Shown: positions 44,844-56,881 of the stretch, in pieces | Layout: each line of letters opens with the position of its first letter | Numbering within the stretch: the first letter of the stretch is position 1 | Assembly: GCF_964188315.1 (NCBI RefSeq) | Contig: NC_135661.1 | Span: forward strand, 15,748,001-15,812,000 | Direction of reading: 5' to 3' | DNA: 64,000 nt | DNA from: Podarcis muralis | Lineage: Eukaryota | Position numbers and translations under genes: made by a program | The notes under the pieces: generated by a model | What the model saw: only the letters and a program-made list of their open reading frames with translations | What the model was told of the DNA's origin: nothing | The model's database searches: none

Positions 44844-45088
44844 CAGTGGTACCTCGGGTTACAGATGCTTCAGGTTACAGACGCTTCAGGTTGCAGACTC
44901 CGCTAACCCAGAAATAGTACCTCAGGTTAAGAACTTTGCTGCAGGGTGAGAACAGAAATTGCACAGCAGCGGCGCAGCAGCAGCAGCAGGAGGCCCCATT
45001 AGCTAAAGTGGTGCTTCAGATTAAGGACAGTTTCAGGTTAAGAACGGACCTCCGGAACGAATTAAGTTCTTAACCCAAGGTACCACTG
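44844..45088. mobile_element. Tigger-like MITE, main family
   Basis: TIRs and TA TSD. Confidence 0.9.
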
Positions 45089-45719
45089 TATTTGTTGTTT
45101 TGCATGCCATTTTCAGAGGGGAAATGGCGAAGAATGCTAATCATTCTAGCCTTCCATTTGAAAGACTGTCTGGTCCAAGTCTGGTTTAAAGACAGAGAAG
45201 CAGAAGAAAGGAGATAAGCTAGTTCAGTGGTTTTCAACCAGATGTCTGTTGCAGCAGCCCTGGCTACAAGCGCCCCAGGCAAATGGTGCCTCTAGGGCTG
45301 ACCAGGGGGTGCTTCCCAGGTCCCTGTGGGCTGTGGGAGGAGGCACCTCTCTATGGGGCAGGGAGGGCAGCTCAGAGACCAAGGGCGGCAACAGCGGCTG
45401 CCTGGAGGACTCCCAAGGAGAGGGGAGAAGAGACTGAGGGAACACTTCACAAGGGTGTTCAAAAAGGGTGAGAGGCTGCCAGCTCTGCAGGCAAGGGGGG
45501 ACATAACTGGGCTCCTGAGCCCTACAGGGGTGCCGCAGAAAGAATGCAGTTGGTCAAGGGAGCCGTGGACTCAAAAAGGTTGAAAACCTCTGAGCTAGGT
45601 AGACTGCAGTCTTCAGTTGTATCCAACAGCAACCTGCTCCACTACTGGATCAACACCCCTGTTTAGATGGCTTAAAGAAGAACTGAGCCCAAACCAGTTT
45701 CAGGCTGGCTTGACACCCG

Positions 45720-45764
<45 letters not shown>

Positions 45765-46273
45765 CGCTTTCGGCAGCTCGTGATATCTTTGGGCCCAGCT
45801 GGTTTTTGCAGAGGCTTCTGAAGCTGCCTAGAACTTCGGAAAAGCAGCCCCAATTAGCCCACATTAGGCACGAAAGCCGCGGGGGAGAAGATTACCTCTC
45901 CTTTGCCCCCACCCCTTTCCATGGCATCCTGCGTGTGCAGACGGATTAGGTTAATTAGCGTTTCCTGCATTCACCAGTCCAAAAAATGGGAGGAAAGGTG
46001 TGGGAGGGAGAGGAATGAACGATTTGGCTCAGAGTGGCTGGTTACAGGCGGCAGCAAAGCTGAGGCTCCCCAGTAGCAGCTGGACGACTAGCAAGTGGGG
46101 GGGGGGCGCTTCCATCAGAAGCCAGGCAAAGCAGGATGCTGGCACACCAGACACAACATCATGGGGTCAAGAGAACCAAGCTGGCTGGTGCTGGGAAAGC
46201 CAGGAGTTAATTTTGCCACCAGGGATCTGCAGCTACGGCCTTGGGTTGGCTGACTTTATTGGTCTTCCCAATA

Positions 46274-46499
46274 CAGTGGTACCTCGGGTTAAGTACTTAA
46301 TTCGTTCCGGAGGTCCGTTCTTAACCTGAAACTGTTCTTAACCTGAAGCACCACTTTAGCTAATGGGGCCTCCTGCTGCCGCTGCGCCGCTGCTGCACAA
46401 TTTCTGTTCTCATCCTGAAGCAAAGTTCTTAACCCAAGGTAATATTTCTGGATTAGTGGAGTCTGTAACCTGAAGCGTATGTAACCTGAGGTACCACTG
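46274..46499. mobile_element. Tigger-like MITE, main family
   Basis: TIRs and TA TSD. Confidence 0.9.
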
Positions 46500-47177
46500 T
46501 ATGGGTTTCCCCTCAAGCTATAGCGATGGGCAAAGCATCCACTTTGCATGCAGAAGCTCCTAAATCCAGTCCCTGGCATTTCCAGACCGGGCTAGGAAAG
46601 GGCCGCTGTCCAGAACCCTGTTTTGCCACTGTTGGCTAAGCTAGATGTACGGGTGATCTGACTCAATGTAAAGCCACTCCTATGTTTATATGGCTGTGTA
46701 CGCACCATGCATTGAATGCACATTTCTCTCTCTCCCCACCCCTACCCCGGTTCCAAAGAATCCTGGAAATTGCGGTTTGTTAAGGGTCCTGGGAATTGTA
46801 GTTTTCTGAGGTGCCGACTGCAATTCCCAGGTTCTTGGGCTGTGTCCATGCTAAAGTAAATTCAAAGCCCTTCCTCCTCTGAATGAATTTTGGCCGCTGT
46901 AGTTCAACCTTCACAGAGTTACAGTTCTCAGCAAGCCTTAACAAACTGCAATTCCCAGAATTCTTTGAGAGAAAGAATGGGCTGCTTTAAAGGCACAAAG
47001 TGGACACAGCTTAAGTGGTGGCTGGGATGTGCTGAAAATGTATGGTGCATTGACAGTCTATTATGTTTTAAAGAAAGCAGTCTTCAACCTTTCCCAACCT
47101 GGGACCCACCTTTCACCCAAACATGCATTTGGCATCCCATACCTTAATTTGTTACCTTATATTTGCATGGTGGTAGT

Positions 47178-47620
47178 GCGGCTGTCTAGTGATGTATGGA
47201 AGTGAGAGCTGGACCATAAAGAAGACTGATAGCCGAAGAATTGATGCTTTTGAATTATGGTGCTGGAGAAGACTCTTGAGAGTCCCATGGACTGCAAGAA
47301 GATCAAACGCATCCATTCTTAAGGAAATCAGCCCTGAGTGCTCACTGGAAGGACAGATCGTGAAGCTGAGGCTCCAGTACTTTGGCCACTTCATGAGAAG
47401 AGGAGACTCCCTGGAGAAGACACTGATGCTGGGAAAGATGGAGGGCACAAGGAGAAGGGGGCGACAGAGGACGAGATGGTTGGATAGTGTTTTCGAGGTT
47501 ACCAGCATGAGTTTGACCAAACTGCGGGAAGTAGTGGACAGAGGTGCCTGGCGTGCTCTGGTCCATGGGGTCACGAAGAGTTGGACATGACTAAACGACT
47601 AAACAACAACAACAACAAAA
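47178..47620 (+). mobile_element. BovB (RTE) LINE 3' fragment, followed by an L1-type tail fragment to about 48075
   Basis: VMYGSESWTIKKTDSRRIDAFELWCWRRLLRVPW...RRRGRQRTRWLDSV; (CAA)n tail. Confidence 0.9.
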
Positions 47621-48549
47621 GAAGGATGCTGGAAAGAAGTTATATGACTTTAGTAGAAATATTATAAAGAATTAAGTATGAATAGATTGACATTGGGTAA
47701 AGATGTAAATTTAAGTCTAAAATTGAGTTAAATTATGGAACTAATTTTGTGAAAGAGGGAAAGGACTTGCTGGAATAATTAATTGAACTAGAATACAAAA
47801 AAGGAGGTGTGAGGAAGTCGAAGAAATAAGCAAATGAAAGATAAGGATATGAAAATATGGGGTTCTTTTGTATGTTTGTTTGTTCTCTTTTGGGGTTTTT
47901 TTTTAAGGCCTTTTTCTTCTTCTTCTTCTTCTTTGTATTGTTGATGCTTTGTATTACTGTATTTATTTTTGTTTTTGAGGCTTTGTAATTGTTTATTGAT
48001 TATATTTTTCTTTTGTTTTACCTTTCTTTTTTTTGTAATGTCTAAACTTTAATAAATATTTTATTAAAAAAAACAAAACCCCCCCCCCCCCAAAATGTGA
48101 TGGGTAGTGAACTTGCTGGACCATTCAGTTCAGCACTTATGAGGCACCCCAGAATCTGAGGAGGGATACAACGCACTTTAGAAAGCTGGCAATAAAAATA
48201 TTTTAATAAGACAAATGTTTAGTACAAACCATTAGAAACATTTATATACTTTGTTGTTGTCGTTGTTGAAAAGGTAGAACCACATTGTCAAGCAGTATAA
48301 ACGGTACCATGGGGAAAAGTTAATGCGACCTTTTTACATTTCGAAAACAAGCAACTTTCATTTTCAAAGATGCATTTCTGGTTTTTCATTTTTCTCTCTC
48401 CCAATAAGGAAAAGGGGTATTGGGGGAAACACAGTGGGGTGTCTGCTTCGTGTTTGTTTTTTTAAAATGTCCTCGCTATAGTCACTTTGGTCTCTTGGAT
48501 TGAAAAGCTCAGGCCCAGAACCATGTCTCTCTCTTCCCCCCGGAAGGCA

Positions 48550-48583
48550 TTACACGGACTGATCTCCCCTTTTTACAGGGGGC
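48550..48583 (-). CDS. CLDN19: Candidate alternative terminal exon 5 of CLDN19 (C-terminus ...ARE-PPVKRGDQSV)
   Basis: Internal donor GA|gtacgt at 48949/48948; long polypyrimidine tract plus tttttcag acceptor at 48584-48585; phase-compatible G CCC CCT GTA AAA AGG GGA GAT CAG TCC GTG TAA. Confidence 0.7.
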
Positions 48584-48938
48584 CTGAAAAATGAAGGGGA
48601 AATAAAAAGAGGGCTGTTAGTTTCAAGCCCGCAGATACACAACAGGTGGGTGGAAAACATATCACGAGGTTGGGACTCCCTTCCCACCGCTCACACGGGC
48701 CCATCTGTGATGCCATTTTGCAGAGCTGTGGGTGGGGAAGACGTTCCAAATCCCTTCTTGTGCATGAATCTGAGAAGGAACCAAAAATAACAATAATAAC
48801 AACAAGAACCCCTGAGATATTGTGCCTCTGGACTTTCTAGCCTGCTTGGAGCTGCAAGAGGCAACTTGGCCCTCTCCATTCCACAGACATGTAAAGGAAC
48901 CACCCGTCACTTGTCTCCACTCTTTCTTCCCTTGGGAT

Positions 48939-51900
48939 TCAGACGTACTCTCTAGCCGTGGAAGGCTGCGACTGCCGGTAGTACTGCTGCCCTCTCTCTT
49001 CCGGTTTGGGGCAGGAGCAGGACAGGAAGGCTCCGCCCAGCATGGTCAGGCTGCCTGCTGACCACCCCACAAAGAGAGCAGGTCCAAATTCATACCTAAG
49101 GCCAAAAAAGAAAAAGAAAAAGAGTGTAGATTATAACAGCAGACATGTCGAGGTGTGCATCCTGATAAATCGGCTCCACCTCTTTGTGGGGACGTGTTGC
49201 GGGCGAGCCGCCAAGCCTCCCCCCCTACAGGGAACCAGGCAGAGGGCCTTCTCGGAAGTGGCACCCGCCCTGTGGAACGCCCTCCCACCAGATGTCAAAG
49301 AGAAAAACAACTACCAGACTTTTAGAAGACATCTGAAGGGAAGATTTTCATGTTTAATAGGTTATTGTATTTTAGTGCTCTGTTGGAAGCCGCCCAGAGT
49401 GGCTGGGGAAACCCAGCCAGATGGGTGGGGTATAAATAATAATAATACTTATTAATTATTATGGGGGGCGGGACTGTGTCCTGCCTTACGCTGGGGAGGC
49501 CCGGCCACGCCAGTTAGCCAAGTGGCCAATCAGGCAGGTTAGGGGGCGTGGTCAGGGTCAATTTAAACCACAGTGCAATGCTGAATCGCCCCTTTTCAGG
49601 CTCACGCCGTGAATCTCTTGCCCTCCCACTCTTTGTTCAGGTTGCATCATTGATCTTGCCATGGTCTTCGGTTGGCCGCCGTTGAGGGGCCTGGTAGCAC
49701 TTTTTCCACTTGGCAAATTGGCACTGGCAACTTGGTTTCCGCCTACCTCATAGCAATCGTCACAACTTTGTAAGGTTAGGCGGTTAGGCACTGGAATAGC
49801 AATGTGTGGGGGAGGGGAGGTGCGGCCATCACCTGCCCCCTCCGTGCTCAAGGGTATTCCGTTAAAGCATGGGTAGGCAAACTAAGGCCTGGGGGCTGGA
49901 TCCGGTCCAACTGCCTTCTAAATCCCGGACAGTCTGAGAATCAGCGTGTTTTTACATTTGTAGAATGTGTCCCTTTATTTAAAATGCATCTCTGGGTTAT
50001 TTGTGGGGCCTGCCTGGTGTTTTTACATGAGTAGAATATGTGCTTTTATTTAAAATGCATCTCTGGGTTATTTGTGGGGCATAGGAATTTGTTGATTATT
50101 TTTTTTCAAAATATAGTCCGGCTCCCCACAAGGTCTGAGGGACAGTGGACCGGCCGCCTGCTGAAAAAAGTTTGCTGACCCCTGTGTTAAAGGAATCTAG
50201 GGGTGTGGATTTCGTCTGAAGCCCGGGGAGGGGCTAGGGCCATGCCACAACCCCAGTGAGAACCCAGGGGATGCTCGGGTCAATCCACATTGGCGGGGCT
50301 CCCTCTACTGGTGGTTTACCCTTAAAAATCTCCCTGCAAGGCGGGCAGGAGTCAGATACAGTCTGTTGATGCCAATGCCTAAGCCAATACCTCTCACATT
50401 CTGTAATCAATAATGTTGTAGCCTAAATTTTTGCCCATTAACATTAACCTAAATTCTGTGTCCTTGTGTCTTTATTCTCCTTGGGGTAGCTTGGGGCTTC
50501 GACATGCAAACTCAGTTGCCTCAAGATGGCAAAAAATAAAGGGCCACAGTGGAGTGGCAGAAGAACAGAACACCTGCTTTGCATGCAGGAGGTGCTGGGA
50601 TCATTCCTTGGCACCCCCAGGTAGGGCTAGGCAACTACCCTAGTCTGGAACCCTGGAGAGCTACTGCCAGTCTCTGTAGGCAATACTGAGCTACATGGTG
50701 TGACAATCAGCTTCCTGTTTCAGGAATTTATGGGAGGGATTGAAGTGCATATCAGAACTTGTGTTTGCACCATTATAGTGGGTTAACGTGCTGCGTTGCT
50801 CTGGTGCATTGAATCAGAGGTGATTTCCAATGAGATCTCAGACAGCGAGGACATGGTGCCGGCCCCATAGAAATGGGTTTGTGAGTGTGTATCGAAATTA
50901 GCCTGGTGTGCAAAGGTAACGGTCTCTACGGTCTCCCACAGCTGGCGTGTGGCCCCTCAGAAGGTTGCCCAGAAGGCAAAGTGGCCCTTGGACTGAAAAA
51001 CGTTCCCCACCTGTGATCGAGGGGGGATGCTGTACACAACTGGGACAATCTCTCTGGGTTTTGAAAGGCACACATCCGCTGCTGTGATTTCTGGTTTGAA
51101 AAGAGGTGTAAGAAAGCGCACTCTGGGTTGGCACAGGCCCTGCTCTCACCTGGCGTTAACCGGCGTGCTGGGGTTGAAAAACTCGTACGTCACCCGTGCC
51201 GCGTACCATGAAACAGCCGTCATGGTGCACAGACCTGGGAACAGAGGAGACAACACAAATGATCCAGTTAATAGGAATTGGGGGCCAAACGACACATTAC
51301 ACTCATGTTCCAGGATTGGGAGTTATCATGAGAACATTCTGCTGAATCAAACGAGGGACCCACCTAGTGCAGCATTCTCTCAGCTTTCTGGGATGTTCTA
51401 ATGTTGTGAGAGAGGGAGAAAAGCTTTTCTCTGTCTGCTTTCTCCATGGCATGCATGGGGGGGGGGGCGCGGAGGAGAAATACAAGCAAGCCCAGGAACC
51501 CGTTCTTAAAAGTAGTAAATGAACAGCTTGAATGGAAAATGTTTGAGGGGAGGAGCAGCCAAACAGAGATGGTCTTTTAGCAGAGCCAATGAGAATGGGC
51601 CCTGCAGTCCTATATGTCCTATGGCTGCTGCTGTCTTGTGTCACATGTCTCCAATTCCCCCAATATTCAGTGGTCGATGTACTTCATAAGGCTTATCTGC
51701 AGGCACAGGCCCAAGGAGAAACTGCTATGTTGCCTGACCTACTGCCCTTACTAAACCTCGGAGCAAGCTGATATATCTAGCTTTTTCCTTTACTATCTTG
51801 AACACATGCTTGTGTTCCCCAAATTTAAACACAAGTATAACAAGAACCTTGATATGCATTTCATGCTCCAAACCAGGATGTGCCCAGAACAGTTGCACCC

Positions 51901-54900
51901 GATAACCCTCTTGTTGAGGAATAATCCACCTTGTTAACTTGTTTCCACAAAGTTGTATTTGTTCTGAGCCGCTTCGAGTCTACCGAATAAAGCAAGGGTG
52001 GAGTGTATTTTTCAACCTTCTCTTCTGGGCAACCTTCTGGGGGCTACGTGCCAGTGGTGGGCAGCAGGCCAGAAGCAAAAGTGGGTGGAGCAATAAATAT
52101 CACTCTCGTCTTACTGTATAATGGCAATGGAAGACTGTCGTCAGGCTGCAGTTCCCTTGGCCACCAAGAGGTGTCACTGTCCACTTCAGTGTAGTGAGTG
52201 GTGGCAGATGGGCAGCCTAGGGAATCCGTGGGGTGACAGCAAGGGCACTCTGCAGCAGCCACCCAGCTCCACTGGCTCCCCCACCTGCCGGCTTCAAGGG
52301 CCTTGCCCTCAGGATTCAGATAACCAGGCTGACCACTGGACTGCTGGTCACCTACCCCCTCTGCATCCCGCCTTGGAATCTGTTGCTATTGATTGACAGG
52401 AAGAATGACAGGAAGAGCAGACCAGAGAGGTGGAAGATGCCCAGAAGCATAGTCTGGCCTTGAATACTGCAGGAGCAGCAGCATGGAGAAGGCACTCAGC
52501 AGTGGCAGCCAACCAGCCTCCAGATCTGCAGCACAATCCAGTTTCCACGTGTTGTCATACACACATGTCTGTCCTCCATCCAGGGATTCTCAGAGTTTGA
52601 GGACACAACCATGCCAGGCAATAACACCCAAAGAGAGTACAAATAGAGCAGGCAAAGGACCAGGGAGAGTCCTCAGGTCAGAGGAAGATGCCCAGAGGGC
52701 CACATCTGGCACCCAGGCTGGGACAAGGCCCACGGGGTATATATTAGCCTTCAGCTTACTTACCTGCTAGTAGGAAGAAGACACCCCCCAACACAGCGAT
52801 CCAGCTTTTCACCACGGGATTCTCGTCTCCAACTTTGGTGCATTTCATTCCGATCACGCTGACAACAGCCCCGACGAAACCCAGGAGGATGGAGACCACC
52901 ATAAGTGCCCGGGAAGTCTGGATATGAACTGGAAAACAAGAAAGTGCCTGTCTTTGGGGTGTCCAAGGGGGGAAAGAGGCAGCTGCAATTGCAGGGTTAA
53001 GTTGCTTAAAATGGCCCTTAGGGTTGCCATATGTTGAAGAGCAAAAAAGAGGTCACATTTGCTGACTTCTACTTTTAACTATGGATCACTACACAGTGGG
53101 TGGCGCTGCAGTCTAAACCACTGAGCCTCTTGGGCTTGCTGATCGGAAGGTTGGCAGTTTGAATCCCCGCGACCAAGTGAACTCACGTGGCTCTGTCCCT
53201 GCTCCTGCCAACCTAGCAGTTTGAAAGCACACCAGTGCAAGTAGATAAATAGGTACCGCTCCGGCGGGAAGGTAAATGGCATTTCTGTGTGCTCTGGCTT
53301 CCGTCACAGTGTTCAGTTGTGCCAGAAGCGGTTTAGTCATGTTGGCCACATGACCCGGAAAGCTGTCTGGCCTGAAAGAGAGATGAGCACCGCACTCCAC
53401 TGTCGCCTTTGACTGGACTTAACCTTCCAGGGATTCTTTACCTTTTTACCTCTACCCATGAAATAGAGGATGTGACCTGGAAAAAGAGGACATATGGCAA
53501 CACTTCCAGGAACTAATTTTTAACAAAGGCAGTTTATTTTATTATTTTATTATTTATTTCCAATTAAGAGTGCTGTCAGGGGTTCAGGAGCAGAGGCAAG
53601 GGCAAGGGAGGAAACAGAGAGCGAAGGGGAGGAGGCAGAAGAAAGGATGAGTGATGACGACGACCCGAGATCTCCGAGTCTCTCCAGTGAGTCGGAGGAT
53701 TCACAGAAAGGAGCACCAGTGGCCAAGGCAAGGGGGGAGTTTAGGGGGGCACCCCAGGGAGATAGAGCCAGAGGGGAATCAGAGGAGAGCAGTTGGAGAT
53801 CGGGTCCAGCGTCACCGCCAGAGAGCAGGGAAGAGGAAAGGAGCCAGGGGGCAAGCGCTGGCAGCTCACAGCAGGAGGGAGGGCACGAGTCAGGGGTGGC
53901 CACACCTCCATCTGGGAGCGAAGAAACGGTTAGACGGAAGGTGGAAGGTTGGGCGCGCGCGCCAAGTTCAAATGCACAGGAAGGAGGCGCAGTAGGCAGC
54001 CCGGAAAGAGAGCCGGGTCCTAAAGCCCGGCGCAAGGAGACAGGAGAGTCCGGGGGGTCAGCGTCCGAAGAATCCCGGAAGGAAGAGACCCAGGGGGGCA
54101 GAGGGACCCAGAGAAGAACAGTCAGGCGGAAAAGGTGGAGCAGGGCTAGGATATTAAGTTGGTGTACGAGGGGCGGAGATTCAGACGGAGCTTCGCCGAT
54201 CTAGCTACTAGACGTAGGGTTGCACGCAGCAGCTTGAGAATGGAAACTGTAACTCAATAAAGACTTTTACTTAATGACCGTTGGCTGGCGTGATCCTCTG
54301 TGAGCTAGGATCCTGAAGCAACCCTGACAAGTGCCATGTTCCAACCTCTGACGTATGGGCAAAGGGCTCCCTTACCTGTTAAAGGCCTCTTTGACACATT
54401 GGCTAAAGGCTCTTTACAGCTTTACCCAATGACTCTCGCCCATTGACATATAGGCAAAGGGCTCCTTTAACAGTTATATGCAACACTTATGAAAAAGCTC
54501 TGACACAGAGGCAAAGAGCTATTTAACCTGGGCTCTACACCTTGAATCAGATCCACTGGCACACAGGCCAAAGGCTCCATCAGCTCTGAAAGGGGTCTCT
54601 GAGGCAGAGGCTAACAGACTCTCACAAACTGACACATGGGCGCCATTTTGAATCCATCTGTCAGGCCCAAACTCTGCCAATTTGGATGCCTCTGAAGATT
54701 TCCTAATTCCAGTTTGGTGTGATGGGCTCCCGATAGCAAGGAATGGGCTTTGGTCTCTGTTTCTTAGATTCCTGGGGCAACACCGTGTGTACTGCCAGCT
54801 AGCTAGCTAGCTAAATAAATAAATAAATAATAGTTAATTCTCAGCAAGCAGTTGCACCCATGCAAGAATGTCACACACGCACAGTTACTGTTTTAGATCT

Positions 54901-56839
54901 TTGCTCTGTTAGGGGTTGCTTTGCCCATGCAAAGCACTTAAAGAAGAGAGCTGGTAGCAGAGGGATCTGTTGAAGAATCAGCGTCCCTACCGACTGGTAG
55001 CTTTCCCCCTCCGGGGGGTCTTCCACAATCAAATTGCATTAGTCAAAGCTGGCCCATCCATGAGGCGAAGCGAGGTGGTTGCCTAAAGGCAGCAGGCTCC
55101 AGACAGCCACAAGGAGTGGCAGATCCAGCTGCCAGGGACTGTCAGGCTCCTTTTCCACTGCATGCCCACCTGGCAGGCTGGCACACAACAGCGGGCACAC
55201 AGCAGCGGAGAAAGCATTTTCCACTTTAGCAGCAAAACGTCCCGGCCTGGCCCTGGCATTAATGTTGGGTTTATTCTGGAAAGTCCATACACCACTCCTC
55301 TTTACAGTGGTACCTCGGGTTACATACGCTTTAGGTTACAGACGCTTCAGGTTACGGACTCCGCTAACCCAGAAATAGTACCTCGGGATAAGAACTTTGT
55401 TTCAGGATGAGAACAGAAATCGCACGGCTGCAGTGGAAGGCCCCATTAGCTAAAGTGGTGCTTCAGGTTAAGAACAGTTTCAGGTTAAGAACGGACCTCT
55501 GGAACGAATTAAGTACTTAAGCCAAGGTACCACTGTATTGGTTTTTTTCTTCAATGCATATTCAACATTACCGCATGGAGGGGTGCTCTTGCAGAGCAAT
55601 GACAGTGGGACTCACCCTCCCACCCTGGATATTGAATACTGAAAAATAATAATTATCAATAGTAATAGTTTGTATCCAATTAGTCCCACTCAAGAGTAAA
55701 CCAGCTGAAGTTAGTAGACATGGCTAAATTAGGTTCATTACAGCATTGGCCCGAATATAAGCCTCACTTTCCCCCCAAATTCCGACTGTGAAAAGTCAAA
55801 GTGTGGCTTATATTCGCGACCTTACGGTATGCATCCAGGAGCAGCGAGGAATGGAGCAGCTTATATTTGGGTATTTCCCCTTTTTTTTCTTTTCCCCTCT
55901 CCAATTTTAACAGTGTGGCTTATATTTGGGTGCGGCTTATATTCGGGCCAATATGGTAATTACAATGGGTCAGCGAGTAGCACTTACTTGCAGGCAGCCC
56001 CCAAATAATAAACAGCCACCACTGTCACCCCGAGGCTTCCTTTGAGGCAAGGTTCACCAGGGGTCACTTCCAGCACCTTTACACGATGCCAAGGCTCAAG
56101 GTGGATAGGAAATAGCACTAAATATTAAACAATAATAAATATCACCTTGAGCCTTCCCTTGAGACGAGGCTCACCAGAGGTCACTCGCAATGCCTTTATA
56201 TGATGCCAAGGTTCAGCTTGGATATGAAAGAATATGAAAGCTATTACTGAAATAAAAATAAAACAGAGGAGGAGGAGGAGGCGGTGAGGAGGAGATATCA
56301 ACTGTGTGGCATTTTCACATTAACAAGAACACAAGGAGCCCCGACAATTATGGACTGGCATACCAAGCTACAAGAATTTGCTGAAATGGCACAGCTGACC
56401 AATAGCCTGAGAGGCAACTCAAAACAAAAATTTATGGAAAAGCGGGATAGATATAAGATATATGTTCAAAAATACAGTAAAGGTTCACTATCTATGCAAG
56501 CATTCGATTGACGTTGGGTAGAGACTGAGTTGAGAAACAAGACCAAGGGTACATATTGATATAGGAATGTATTAGATAAAATGTAAAGAAATATACAATA
56601 ATAAGAGTACATTCTTTCATTAAAAAAAGGAATATACAACAGGATAGACAGCAAGTCCAAAGTGTTGGTATATATATGATTTTGGAGTAAGTTTGGAATA
56701 GCTTTTTATTTTGGTTTTTTTTCTTTTTCTTTTTTCTTTCTGTATATAAAGTATACATACAGGTTGAAAATTACAGTATAACAAGTTTTGTGATGGAATA
56801 TGACAATGTCTGTTGATGTAACGTAAGAACGAACTAACG

Positions 56840-56881
<42 letters not shown>

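Noticed and set aside
46289-46579. Recurrent near-identical ORFs such as [13 protein letters not shown]...[29 protein letters not shown] (also near 18518, 31107 and 55079)
   Set aside because: Translations of the non-autonomous MITE; no transposase DDE/D motif.
54349-54644. Repeat-spacer pattern superficially like a CRISPR array
   Set aside because: Vertebrate intron, no cas genes, repeats degenerate and non-palindromic, spacer lengths irregular.
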